Of a DNA stretch of 64,000 bases, positions 29,511-39,867 are shown in pieces. Source of the stretch: an uncultured delta proteobacterium (GTDB lineage Bacteria > Myxococcota_A > Polyangia > Polyangiales > Polyangiaceae); NCBI GenBank assembly GCA_963696385.1, contig CAVOKF010000005.1, positions 1,056,001 to 1,120,000 on the forward strand, in the 5' to 3' direction. The notes below the pieces were generated by a model. The model was not told the origin of the DNA, searched no databases, and saw only the letters and a program-made list of their open reading frames with translations. Positions within the stretch are counted from its first letter, which is position 1. Each line of letters opens with the position of its first letter. Both the position numbers and the translations under genes were made by a program.

Positions 29511-31527
29511 GTGACCTACTCGGCCTCCGCTCCGTCGTTGCCCAAAGCGAAGGTCGTCGTCGATCAGCTCTTGCACGACAACCTCCTCAAGCCCGATCAG
29601 CTCGACGGGATCGCCGCTCGTCTGCAATGGTCCGGTGAGCGCGTCGAGGAGGCCATTCTCGAGCTTGGACTGATGACCGAGACCGAGATGCTCAAGTCGC
29701 TGGCCGCACATTACAAGGCGCATTTCATCTCGGCGGAGAAGCTCGCGAAGGCCGATGTACCGCGCTCCCTCGTCGCGATGATTCCTCAGCGCTTCGCGGA
29801 GAAGGTCGGTGTGTGTCCGGTGGCCTTCGACCCCAAAGCCCACGCACTGAGCGTCGTAACGGCCGACCCAGCGGACCTCGAGTCGCTCTACGAGGTACAG
29901 CTGGCGTCGGGAGCGCGCGAGGTGAGAGCGGTGCTGGCTCGCCCCGCTGCGGTCAAGGCGCTCATTGCCAAGGTGTACGGGGGCGATGCACGCGCCTTTG
30001 CCGTGTTCGAGCGGCAGGCCAACGTGCAGCTCGGGGCGTTGTATGAGCGTGGGAATCTCATCGTCGACAGCGGAGACGTGGGCCCCGTGGCGCGGTCTAC
30101 GCCGTCGCCGCACCCGCCCGTGCTCGAGCTGCCGTCGAAGGCGGCTCCCTCGAGAGCCAACGTTGCCAAAGCGTCCGACGCTCGGAGCTCGAAGCCGCCG
30201 GTCCAAGCGCCGCCGGTTTCGAGCGACAAGGGCGTGTCGGAGGCCTCGTTCGTCGAACTGCTTCACGTGCTCGTCAGTTTGCTCGAGAGCTCACGCGCCG
30301 ATCTGCAGGGACACTCGGCTCAAGTCGCCCGACTCGTTCGACGAATGGCCGAGAAGATGGGGCTCGACACCGCGACGACCGCCATCCTGGTCGCGGCGGC
30401 GTTCATCCACGATCTGGGCAAGGTCGGGCCCTACCATCTGACGGCGTTCAACTGCAGCGAGTACGACGGGCACAAAGTCGCGGCTCAGAAGGCGCATGGC
30501 GTCCCCGCGCGGCTTCTCGAGCCCGTGCGCCTTCCGGTCGAGACGATGGACTCCGTGAATCACATGTACGAGCGCTTCGACGGCAAGGGATTTCCCGACC
30601 GGGATGAGCGGAAAAGACATCCCATTGGGATCGCGCCTTTTGGCGATCTGCGACACCTTCGCCGATCTGACAAGCAACCCTCGCAATCCGTTTCGCGCCA
30701 CTCTGTCGCCGCAGGACGCGTGCGCCGTCCTCGCCAAGTACAAGGACCGAGTCTTCGACCCGAACCTCGTGGATTTGTTCAAGGCGACCATCCTCGGGGA
30801 GGAGCTCACGTCGCGTTTGCTGGCCACTCGTTCCCAGTCGCTCGTGGTCGACACCGATCCGGAGGAGACCATCGTTCTCGAGCTTCGCATGAGCGAGCAG
30901 GGGTTTGTCGTCAAGACGGCACGCACGGCGGAGCAGGCGCTCAAGGTGCTCGCGGAAGGTGAAACCGACCTCGTCGTGAGCGAGATTGACTTGGGGGCGA
31001 GCGACGGGCTCGCCCTCATCGCCGAGGCTCGCAACCATCCGTGGGGCAAAGACGTTCCGTGGGTCGTCTATACCCGACGCCAGGAGCGAGCCATTGCGCA
31101 GAAGGCGTTCGAGCTCGGGGTGCTCGACTACGTGACGAAACCTGCGTCGGCCGACGTGCTGGTCGCCAAGCTCAAGGCCTTGCTCGATCAGCGCACGACG
31201 CCGCGCAATCATCAGGGCGTCAGCGGATCTCTTCGCGAGATGGGGCTTGCGGACATGGTGCAGGTGCTCTTTCACGGGCGAAAAAGCGGAAGTCTGAAGA
31301 TTCGGGCTCGCGACGGGGCAGGGGAGATTCACTTCGCGGAGGGCAACGTCGTGGATGCCCTGTGGCGCGAGCTGCGCGGAGAAGAGGCATTTTACGCGAT
31401 GCTCAAGGTCGCGGAGGGGGAGTTCTCGCTGGACCCTTCGTTTCGCGCGAGCGGTCGAGTCATTCACCATTCGAGCGAAGCGCTTCTTCTCGAAGGAATG
31501 CGGCGTCTCGACGAGGGCCTGAGCTGA
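29511..31527 (+). CDS. Multidomain signalling protein: GspE/MshEN-like N-domain, HD-GYP, receiver, DUF4388/PATAN (frameshift near 30599)
   Basis: ORFs 29511..30962 and 30604..31527 join after removing one C: ERFDGKGFPD-GMSGKDIPLGSRLLAICD. REC motifs (VVDTD, YVTKP) and GSLREMGLADMVQVL...GEIHFAEG follow. Confidence 0.8.
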
Positions 31528-31529
31528 GA

Positions 31530-32075
31530 TCACTTCTTCGGCTTCACGAACTCCACATCCCACTCGACCGTGACGTCGCTCGGGGCGGCGTACGGAGGAA
31601 ACCAAATTTTCTTGAATGCATCGGCCGCGCACGCGCCCACAGGTTGCCCGGCGTAAGGCGCCGGAACACTCACCTGCTTGACGTGACCGTTGCGGCCCAG
31701 CGTGACGCTGGCCTTGGTCGCGCCCCAGGGACCGTTGGCTTGCCCATCGTCGTCGGTCGCGGCACCGCAACTGGCCTTGATCGACCGGGCCGCGCGCTTG
31801 AGCTCCGCTTCGACGGCCTCGCGATCGTACGACGTCGTATCGCCGGACGGATGCTCCGTCGCGTCGCCGCTCGACGCGGCATTCGGACTCGAACTCGACG
31901 GGGCCGCCGCTTCCCCCGCGTCTCTTTCGCCGGCCGGCGGAAGGCAATCGCTGCCCTGGAGCACCGTGCCCGCCGGGCACGTGGGGGGCGAGTTCGCTCC
32001 AGTCGGCTGAGCTCCGCAGGCGGCGAGCGCGGTCATGCACAGTGAACCAGCCAAGGATCGTGTCCTCTTGGTCAT
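31530..32075 (-). CDS. Lipoprotein with TonB-C/AgmX-like C-terminal domain
   Basis: Lipobox LAAC, CPAGTVL..C module, C-terminal VTLGRNGHV...VGACAADAF..I.FPP. Confidence 0.65.
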   Translation of the reverse strand: MTKRTRSLAGSLCMTALAACGAQPTGANSPPTCPAGTVLQGSDCLPPAGERDAGEAAAPSSSSPNAASSGDATEHPSGDTTSYDREAVEAELKRAARSIKASCGAATDDDGQANGPWGATKASVTLGRNGHVKQVSVPAPYAGQPVGACAADAFKKIWFPPYAAPSDVTVEWDVEFVKPKK

Positions 32076-32115
32076 ACGGCCATCATACCCCTTGATCGTA
32101 TGGCCACCATACCCA

Positions 32116-33480
32116 TCAGCGATCGGTGATCTTGTAATCCTTGATCTTGTAGAGAAGCGCGCGGTGGCTGATCTCGAGCAGCTCCGCGGCGCGGGTGCGG
32201 TTTCCCTTGGTTTTCTGCAGCGCGCGGCGGATGAGAATCTGCTCGATCGCCGAAACCGTTTTTTTGACGGACAGCTCGCCGCTGGCCAGGTGCACCTGGA
32301 CCGGATCGAGCGCGTCGCGGATGCGTTCCGGAAGATCGCTCGGCTGGAGCACGTCGCTCTCGGCCAGCACCATGGCCCTCTCAATCGTGTTTTCCAGCTC
32401 GCGAACGTTACCGGGCCAAGCGTACTCGAGAAGTTGCTTGCGAGCTTCCGTTGACACGCCTCGAATCGAGGTTCCCAAGCGCACGTTGTTTCGCGCGATG
32501 AAGTGATCGATCAACAGATTGACGTCCTCGCGGCGGCTCCGGAGCGGCGGGATGTGGATGGGAAGCACGTTGATGCGGTAGAAGAGGTCCTCGCGAAAGC
32601 GACCCGCCTTTACCTCCGCGGCAAGATCTCGGTGGGTTGCGGCGATGATGCGCGTGTCGACCTTGACATCCTTGGTATCGCCCAGGCGTCGGATGGTCTC
32701 CTCCTGCAATACCCGCAAGAGCTTCACTTGGAGGTTGAGCGGCAACTCGCCGAGCTCGTCGAGCAACAGCGTTCCGCCGCTCGCCTCTTCGAACAGTCCT
32801 CGGCGATCCGAAGTTGCATCGGTGAACGCCCCGCGCCTGTGGCCGAAGAGTTCAGACTCGAGCAAATTTTCTGGGATTGCCCCGCAGTTGATCGCCACGA
32901 ACGGCGCACCGCGGCGACTGGACCGCGCGTGGATGGCTCTGGCGACGAGCTCCTTGCCCGTTCCACTCTCCCCGGTTACGAGCACCGTCGTCTTGAAGTC
33001 GGCAATTTTCGTTACCGTCCTGAAGATCTCGAGCATCTCCCGGCTCTTGGCGAGGATCGATTCGAACTGGTTGTCCTTCTGGATTTGCTCCTTGAGTGCC
33101 CGGTTCTCCCGGCGGAGCGTTTCCCGCTCCTCGGCTTTGCGAAGCGCGAGCACGATTTCGTCGGGTTTGAAAGGCTTGCCGACGTAGTCGTAGGCGCCCG
33201 CTTTCATGGCGTCGATCGCCAGATCCACGTTGCCGTATGCGCTCATCACGATGACCGTGGCCGGATGCTGCTTCGCTTTGAGGGCAGCAAGGAGGTCGAG
33301 ACCTCCCATCCGCGGCATGCGCACGTCTGTGAGGATCACGTCCGGATCGAACGAGTCGAGCGCGGCAAGCGCCGCCTCTCCCCCTTCAGCGACCTCGACC
33401 TCGTACCCATGCTTCTTCAGTAGGGTGCGAAGGACGAGGCGAATGTTCTCCTCGTCGTCGACCACCAGGATACGGCGCAT
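32116..33480 (-). CDS. Sigma-54-dependent response regulator (NtrC/AtoC family enhancer-binding protein)
   Basis: REC (ILVVDDE, TDVRMP, GKPF), GESGTGKE, ESELFGH..GAFTDA, WPGNVRELEN, Fis-type HTH. Confidence 0.95.
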   Translation of the reverse strand: MRRILVVDDEENIRLVLRTLLKKHGYEVEVAEGGEAALAALDSFDPDVILTDVRMPRMGGLDLLAALKAKQHPATVIVMSAYGNVDLAIDAMKAGAYDYVGKPFKPDEIVLALRKAEERETLRRENRALKEQIQKDNQFESILAKSREMLEIFRTVTKIADFKTTVLVTGESGTGKELVARAIHARSSRRGAPFVAINCGAIPENLLESELFGHRRGAFTDATSDRRGLFEEASGGTLLLDELGELPLNLQVKLLRVLQEETIRRLGDTKDVKVDTRIIAATHRDLAAEVKAGRFREDLFYRINVLPIHIPPLRSRREDVNLLIDHFIARNNVRLGTSIRGVSTEARKQLLEYAWPGNVRELENTIERAMVLAESDVLQPSDLPERIRDALDPVQVHLASGELSVKKTVSAIEQILIRRALQKTKGNRTRAAELLEISHRALLYKIKDYKITDR

Positions 33481-33640
33481 TGTACGAAAACTCTTGCGAG
33501 CAAGAGTACTTGTAAAGGGCTGCCTTCGCGAGACCGATCTCCGAAGCCCGCAACGTTTGCAACGGCCGCGAGGCGGTTTCAGTCGCGTCGGGGTCGCTCG
33601 CGGTCGCCATGGCCATCGAGGTCGGTTTAGGTTGCGCGTC

Positions 33641-34837
33641 ATGGACACCGGCCTCGACAGGTTCGCCGCGCATCGTGAGTTGCGCGCGTCGCTTCGTGCG
33701 ATGCGCGTCGGGTTGCTTGCGCATCCCGCATCGGTCGATCGACGGTTGGTCCATGCGAGGCGCATCCTCGAGGACGTCGGCGTTCGGGTGACCCTCGTGC
33801 TCGGTCCGGAGCACGGCTACGGAGGCGAGGCGCAGGACATGGTGGGTGTTCGGGACGCGCAGGATGCCTTCGGCACGCCGGTGCGAAGCCTCTACGGGAG
33901 CCGATTCGACCAGCTATCCCCCAGGCCCGAGGACCTGGCCCGAATCGACGTCCTCGTCATCGATCTGCAAGACGTCGGTGCACGGTACTACACGTTCGTC
34001 TGGACGGCGGTGCTGGCGATGCGCGCGTGCGCGAAAGCGGGCGTGCGGGTTCTCGTGCTCGACAGGCCCAATCCGATTGGCGGCGACATTTCACGCATCG
34101 AGGGCCGACGGCAGAAGCCCGCGTACTGTTCATTCGTCGGTCTGATCCCGATTCCCGTGCGTCACGGGCTAACGCTCGGCGAAATGGTCGCCTGGCGCGC
34201 AGAGGCCGAGGGCCTCTCTCGGGACCTCGTCCAGGTACTGGGCGTTCGGGGGCTCGACCGCGAGGCCGACGCGAGGAAGTGGGATCGGCCGTTTGTGATG
34301 CCATCGCCGAATATGCCGAGTTACGAGACGGCGCTGGTTTACCCCGGCGCGTGTCTCGTGGAGGGGACCAACCTGTCGGAGGGGCGCGGGACGACTCGCC
34401 CGTTCGAGCTGGTGGGGGCGCCGTGGATTGATGGGGTGCGCCTGGCGGATGCGCTTCATGAGCTGCAGATGCCCGGCTTTCGCGCTCGTCCGGTCACCTT
34501 TTGCCCCACGTTTCAAAAGCACGCTGGACGTGCATGTGGGGGCGTGCAGGTTCATGTGACGGACCCAAGGTCATTCCGACCGTTTGAGACCTACCTGTGC
34601 CTTGTGGCTCTCGCTCACGCCCAGGCCCCCGGCCAATTTGCATTTCGTACGGACCCCTACGAATTTCGGGACGATGTGCCGGCCTTCGACCTCATCTGCG
34701 GGGACTCGGACGCTCGCACAAGGATTCTCCGCGGGGACGATCCGCGTGGTCTCGCGGGCGCGGTCGCCGCCGTGGACGACGGGGACCGTGCGATTGTGGA
34801 TGAGGCTTTGCGAGCGGCCCATGCGCGCAGCGTGTGA
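33641..34837 (+). CDS. namZ: DUF1343 / exo-beta-N-acetylmuramidase NamZ family protein
   Basis: GPEHG, SLYG, DLQDVGARYYTF, LDRPNP, RHGLTLGE, PSPNMP, SEGRGTTRPFE. Confidence 0.9.
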   Translation: MDTGLDRFAAHRELRASLRAMRVGLLAHPASVDRRLVHARRILEDVGVRVTLVLGPEHGYGGEAQDMVGVRDAQDAFGTPVRSLYGSRFDQLSPRPEDLARIDVLVIDLQDVGARYYTFVWTAVLAMRACAKAGVRVLVLDRPNPIGGDISRIEGRRQKPAYCSFVGLIPIPVRHGLTLGEMVAWRAEAEGLSRDLVQVLGVRGLDREADARKWDRPFVMPSPNMPSYETALVYPGACLVEGTNLSEGRGTTRPFELVGAPWIDGVRLADALHELQMPGFRARPVTFCPTFQKHAGRACGGVQVHVTDPRSFRPFETYLCLVALAHAQAPGQFAFRTDPYEFRDDVPAFDLICGDSDARTRILRGDDPRGLAGAVAAVDDGDRAIVDEALRAAHARSV

Positions 34838-35044
34838 TCCGCAGTCGGGTGGGAACGAGCTCGCCGCCCGATCGACCGCCGCCGTCCATCGGAATAAACA
34901 AGGCCGCTCGGGCGTCGTGATTTTGAGCGCGCGGCCGATCGTCGATGCTCGGCCCGTGGCTGGCTGACCATGCCCGTTTTCCAAGAAATGAGCGAAACCC
35001 GCTTGCTCGCCCCCCGTAACGTGTTGAGGTAAGAAGTGCTGTGG

Positions 35045-35173
35045 CTTCTGGCCGTCGCGGCTGTTTTCGCGAGGGCTTGAACCGTGAACCTTGAGGGCTT
35101 GCGCGTGCCCCCTCCCCCACCGCGCAAGTCCGCGCGTCCGGGCGGCCTCACGGTCGTCCGGACGCGTTTTTTT
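35045..35173 (+). ncRNA. Candidate small RNA (three stem-loops, C-rich loop)
   Basis: Three consecutive hairpins in the namZ-purL intergenic region; the last is an intrinsic terminator. Confidence 0.5.
35132..35173 (+). terminator. Intrinsic terminator
   Basis: GCGCGTCCGGGCGGCC-TCAC-GGTCGTCCGGACGCGT stem running into a T7 tract. Confidence 0.85.
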
Positions 35174-35187
35174 GTCTTGCCGACCGG

Positions 35188-37581
35188 TTAGGCGACCGAC
35201 TCGGCGAGCGGCCCGACGATGGGCGATAGGCAAGCATCACGCGCACGGCGGATGTCCTGCAATTCGAGCGAGAGCACGCCCAAGGGCTGGACTTCGATGA
35301 CCAGTGCCGTCCCGTAGGTGTCTCCGATGCGAGCCGTCGGCACGCCCGCGGCATGGGCCATCGCCGTCACCGGGTCGACCTCCGTGGGGGCGAGGCTCAC
35401 GACGACGCCTGACGCAGTTTCGCCGAACAACATCGCCAAAGCGTCGATGGGTGATGGGGCCGGAGCGAGCTTGATGCGCGCGCCGATCGATTCGGCCCCG
35501 GTGACGCAGCACTCGGCCAGTGCGACAGCAAGACCGCCGTCGCTCACGTCGTGGGCGCTGTCGAGCCGGTGAGATCGAGCCAGTTCGAGAAGAAGTCTCT
35601 GCAGCCGCACCTCCGCCTCGAGGTCAATGAGCGGACCGTCACCCTCCAGCCGGCCCATTCTGCGGACCAGCCACTCGCTTCCGGACAGGGCTCGCGCCCC
35701 GGTGGCCGCTGGGATGCCCAGGAGCAAAACGGCTCTTCCGGTGCCTTTGAAGCCCGCCGTGACGATGTCGGCTGAATGCTCGATGAGACCGACGGCGGCG
35801 ACGGTGGGCGTCGGCAGTATGGATCGCGAGGTCACACCGCGCTCGCCGGGCACGCGCAGAGCGGTCTCGTTGTACAGGCTGACGTTGCCGCTGACGATAG
35901 GCACGTCGAGCGCCCGACACGCAGCCGCGATGCCGTCTATGCTGCGCGCGAACGAGTCCATGACTTCGGGCCGCTCGGGGTTGCCGAAGTTGAGGCAGTC
36001 CGTGATGCCGATGGGTTGCGCACCGCTGCACACGAGATTTCTGCACACCTCGGCAACGGCCATGGCCGCCCCGACGAACGGATCGAGTTCGCACATGCGG
36101 CCGTTGCAGTCGACCGCGAAGGCGAGATTTTTTTCGACCGTTCGTCGATCTGGAGTCTCACATCTCACTCGCACGACAGCGGCGTCCGAGCCGCAGCGGA
36201 CCCGCGTGCCGCCGCGCACGATTTGATCGTACTGGCGCCAAACCCAAGCTCGCGATCCGATGTTTGGCGACGACAGCAGGTCAAAGAGCTCCCCCGAAAG
36301 ATCGGACGGGATCGGGATCGTCGCGGGACCGACGCCGGTCGGCTGCCGCCCTGGTGTCGAGCGCGTCCGGTCGTAGCAGGGTGCGTCGTCCGTGAGCACG
36401 CCGATCGGAATGTCGCAGACGATTGCGGGATGCCCGTGGGGGGCCGCGTGCGACGCCAGCGGGTCGTACCCCGGAGTGGCTCGTACCACCCAACGCTTCG
36501 TATCGGTCACGCGACCGATGATCGCCGCGTCGAGTTCCCAGCGAGCGCACACATCGAGGACGCGCGACTCTTGGCCGGGCTTTGCGACGAGAAGCATGCG
36601 TTCCTGCGACTCGCTGAGCAGAATCTCGTACGGCGTCATCGCCTTGGCCCGCCGCGGGACGCGATCGAGATCGAGCTCCACGCCGTTGCCCGCCCGGCCC
36701 GCCATCTCGACGCTGGACGACGTCAGCCCCGCGGCCCCCATGTCTTGAATCCCCTCGAGGACGTCCTGCGAGAAGAGCTCGAGGCACGCTTCCAGCAGGA
36801 GTTTTCCCATGAACGGATCGCCGACCTGCATGGTCGATCGCATCGCAGGCCGTTTGCCGTCTTGACCGGATGAGGCGGTCGCCGCGAACTCGTCGCTCGC
36901 CATCGTGGCGCCATGAATGCCGTCGCGGCCTGTTTTCGCGCCGATGTAAAGGATGCTGTTTCCGATGCCGGTTGCCCGCCCGTAGAACAATCGATCCGCC
37001 GGGGCGATCCCGCAGGTGAAGGCGTTGACGAGAATATTGCCGTCGTAGCGTTCGTCGAACTGAAGCTCGCCCCCGACGGTCGGTACTCCAATGCAGTTTC
37101 CATAGCCGCCGATTCCCGCGACCACCCCCCGCAGCAACTCGGGCGTTCTGGGGTGCTCGGCTCGGCCGAAGCGAAGGGAATTGAGACTCGCGATGGGGCG
37201 TGCACCCATGGTGAAGACATCCCGCAAGATGCCTCCGACGCCCGTCGCGGCCCCTTGATGGGGCTCGATGAAGCTCGGGTGATTGTGCGACTCCATCTTG
37301 AAGACGGCGGCAACGCCGTCTCCGATATCGACGACCCCGGCATTCTCGCCGGGCCCCTGAATGACGCGCGGTCCACTCGTCGGAAGCCGTCGCAGGTGCA
37401 GGCGGCTCGACTTGTACGAACAGTGTTCGCTCCACATAACGCTGAAAACGCCGAGCTCCGCGTACGTCGGCGTTCGGCCGAGCGCGGCGAGCACTCGGCG
37501 GTATTCCTCGTCACTCAGCTTGTGACGCTCGACGATTTCCGGGCTGATCGGAGGGTCGTTCGGAAAGCTCGCGACGGACAT
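35188..37581 (-). CDS. purL: Phosphoribosylformylglycinamidine synthase subunit PurL
   Basis: [52 protein letters not shown]. Confidence 0.97.
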   Translation of the reverse strand: MSVASFPNDPPISPEIVERHKLSDEEYRRVLAALGRTPTYAELGVFSVMWSEHCSYKSSRLHLRRLPTSGPRVIQGPGENAGVVDIGDGVAAVFKMESHNHPSFIEPHQGAATGVGGILRDVFTMGARPIASLNSLRFGRAEHPRTPELLRGVVAGIGGYGNCIGVPTVGGELQFDERYDGNILVNAFTCGIAPADRLFYGRATGIGNSILYIGAKTGRDGIHGATMASDEFAATASSGQDGKRPAMRSTMQVGDPFMGKLLLEACLELFSQDVLEGIQDMGAAGLTSSSVEMAGRAGNGVELDLDRVPRRAKAMTPYEILLSESQERMLLVAKPGQESRVLDVCARWELDAAIIGRVTDTKRWVVRATPGYDPLASHAAPHGHPAIVCDIPIGVLTDDAPCYDRTRSTPGRQPTGVGPATIPIPSDLSGELFDLLSSPNIGSRAWVWRQYDQIVRGGTRVRCGSDAAVVRVRCETPDRRTVEKNLAFAVDCNGRMCELDPFVGAAMAVAEVCRNLVCSGAQPIGITDCLNFGNPERPEVMDSFARSIDGIAAACRALDVPIVSGNVSLYNETALRVPGERGVTSRSILPTPTVAAVGLIEHSADIVTAGFKGTGRAVLLLGIPAATGARALSGSEWLVRRMGRLEGDGPLIDLEAEVRLQRLLLELARSHRLDSAHDVSDGGLAVALAECCVTGAESIGARIKLAPAPSPIDALAMLFGETASGVVVSLAPTEVDPVTAMAHAAGVPTARIGDTYGTALVIEVQPLGVLSLELQDIRRARDACLSPIVGPLAESVA

Positions 37582-37690
37582 CGATTGCGCGATCTGAAAC
37601 GAGAGGGGCGAGATGGAGCAAGCCTAGCGCCAACGGGCAGTCGCGCGAAGGCGGATCGCCGCGATTTCGAACGCGTGCTACCGATGCCGC

Positions 37691-38371
37691 ATGCGGGCGT
37701 GTGTCGTCGTGTTCCCGGGTTCCAATGCCGACGCAGAGATGATCCACACGCTGCGCGAGGTATGTGGGGCGCCGACCGCCGTCGCGTGGCACACCGATTC
37801 GGCGCTGCCAGACGCGGTCGACCTGGTTGCGATTCCCGGTGGGTTCAGCTACGGCGACTATCTGCGCACCGGGGCGATTGCCAAGGTGAGCCCGATTGTG
37901 CGCGCTGTGCGCGCGCACGCCCTTCGCGGCGGCTTCGTGCTGGGCGTGTGCAACGGCTTTCAGATTCTCACGGAGGCGGGAATGTTGGCCGGCGCGCTTA
38001 CGCGGAACGCGCATCAGCGGTTCGAATGCGGGGATTGGTTCGTCAAAGTGACGGCCGAAGGGCCGTTCACCCCGCGTGTCGGTGAGGTCTGGCGGCTACC
38101 GATCGCCCACGGGGAAGGCCGGTTCCAAGCCGACGCCGAGACGCTTCGCCGCTTGGAGGGCGAGGGGCTCATTGGGCTCCGCTATTGCGGTCGGGGCGGC
38201 GAGATCGAAAGTCGCGCGAACCCGAACGGCAGTCTGCACGCGATCGCAGGGATCTACGGGGGCCCCCGCAAGAACGTGTTCGGGCTGATGCCCCATCCCG
38301 AGCGGATGAGCGAGTCCTGTCAGGGCGGCGTCGACGGACGAAAGCTGTTCGAGAGCGTGCTGGCCGCCTGA
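37691..38371 (+). CDS. purQ: Phosphoribosylformylglycinamidine synthase glutaminase subunit PurQ
   Basis: FPGSN, PGGFSYGDYLR, GVCNGFQIL, PIAHGEG, NPNGS, MPHPER. Confidence 0.97.
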   Translation: MRACVVVFPGSNADAEMIHTLREVCGAPTAVAWHTDSALPDAVDLVAIPGGFSYGDYLRTGAIAKVSPIVRAVRAHALRGGFVLGVCNGFQILTEAGMLAGALTRNAHQRFECGDWFVKVTAEGPFTPRVGEVWRLPIAHGEGRFQADAETLRRLEGEGLIGLRYCGRGGEIESRANPNGSLHAIAGIYGGPRKNVFGLMPHPERMSESCQGGVDGRKLFESVLAA

Positions 38372-38417
38372 TCGCAATTCGGACGGGGGTCGCGTGGGGG
38401 CCATCCCGTCAACGCCG

Positions 38418-39830
38418 TCACACCTCGAATTCGGCTTTCTCGAGGATCTCCGTAACGCGCCACAAGAACGAGTTGGCGGCGACGCCGTCGACGACGCGAT
38501 GATCGTACGAAAGAGCCATGTACATGAGCGGGTGGATCGCGATCTGGTCTTCGCCTTCCGCTTCGACCACGACCACGCGCTTCTGAATTTCGCCCATTCG
38601 CAGGATTCCGACGTTCGGCTGATTGATGATTGCGCCGCCGAAGAGGTTGCCCTTGAGTCCGGGATTGGACACGCTGAACGTCGCCCCGCTCAGATCGTCG
38701 ATCGTGATCTTGCCGGCCTTGGCGCGCTTCGCAAGATCGTCGATGGCGCGCACGACGCCGCGCACCCCGAGCTCGTCGGCCCGCCGGACCACGGGAACGA
38801 CCAGGCCGTCTGGCGAATCGACGGCCACGCCCAAGTTGATGTCGTGAAGGATCACGTAGGCGTCGTCGATGACCCGAGCGTTCACCTGCGAATTCTCGCG
38901 CACCGCGCGCGCCGTCGCCACGACGACGAAGGCGAGCATGGTCAAGCTCATTCCCTCGGCCTTGTATCTCTCTTTGTTCGCGTCGCGCAGCTTGCTCGCT
39001 CGGTGCAGATCCACTTCTGCGACCGTCACGACGTGGGGCGAAGCGAACTTCGAGTACGTCATGTGATCGGCGGTGATCCGTCGCCGCCGCGTGAACGGAA
39101 CGACTTTGTCGCCGTCGCTTGGCTTGTACGCGGGCACCTTGAATGCGCCGAACCCGACACCCGGTATCGGCGGAACGAAACCACCGCCGAGGTTGATGAC
39201 CTGCGCCAGCTGTGTCGTCTTTGCCGCCGCTCGGGGTGGCGGGGGCGGCTCGATGGCCGGCGGCGGCAGCGCGGAGGAACGGGCCGATCCAAGCGGGTTC
39301 GGCCCCGCAGGGGCAGACGCGCCCGCGGCGCGCATCACGTCGTCCTTCGTCACGCGGCCGCGTTCGCCCGTTCCAAGAACGTGTTCCAGATCGACGTCGT
39401 TCTCGAGAGCCGTCTTGCGCGCGACCGGCGTCGCCAGTGGACCGCCCATGACGCTCCGACCCGGCGCGATCGCGCCGTCTGGCGCCGGCGCGTTCGCCGC
39501 CGCCGGCATCGACACCGGTGCCGGCGCGTTCGCGGCCGCCGGTATAGAGGCCGGAGCACCCGGGGCCTCCGACAGGCTCGCGTTGCTTCTCGCGCGGTCG
39601 TCGATCTGCGCGATGAGGGTCTTGACCGGCACGACCTGCCCCTCGGCCACCAGCAACCTGGCGATTCGCCCCGCCGCCGTCGCGGTCAATTCGGTGTCGG
39701 CCTTGTCGGTCGCGATGGATACGATCGGCTGATCTTTGGCGACGACGTCTCCTTCGCGCACGAGCCACTTGGCAATGGTCCCCTCACTGACGCTCTCGCC
39801 GAGCTGGGGAAGGGTCACGTCGATGAGCAT
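38418..39830 (-). CDS. 2-oxoacid dehydrogenase E2 dihydrolipoamide acyltransferase (SucB-like)
   Basis: Lipoyl domain (LGESVSEG, TDKAD), E3-binding domain (TPVARK, GTGERGRVTKDD), catalytic SYDHRVVDG. Confidence 0.93.
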   Translation of the reverse strand: MLIDVTLPQLGESVSEGTIAKWLVREGDVVAKDQPIVSIATDKADTELTATAAGRIARLLVAEGQVVPVKTLIAQIDDRARSNASLSEAPGAPASIPAAANAPAPVSMPAAANAPAPDGAIAPGRSVMGGPLATPVARKTALENDVDLEHVLGTGERGRVTKDDVMRAAGASAPAGPNPLGSARSSALPPPAIEPPPPPRAAAKTTQLAQVINLGGGFVPPIPGVGFGAFKVPAYKPSDGDKVVPFTRRRRITADHMTYSKFASPHVVTVAEVDLHRASKLRDANKERYKAEGMSLTMLAFVVVATARAVRENSQVNARVIDDAYVILHDINLGVAVDSPDGLVVPVVRRADELGVRGVVRAIDDLAKRAKAGKITIDDLSGATFSVSNPGLKGNLFGGAIINQPNVGILRMGEIQKRVVVVEAEGEDQIAIHPLMYMALSYDHRVVDGVAANSFLWRVTEILEKAEFEV

Positions 39831-39867
39831 GGGCCGATCGCTCTCCAACCGCGAATGGGACGCTAGC

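Noticed and set aside
35036..35080. 14-aa hydrophobic ORF (MLWLLAVAAVFARA) with a GAGG upstream, as a possible type I toxin
   Set aside because: Too short to support without conservation data. It overlaps SL1 of the sRNA candidate and no antisense partner is evident.
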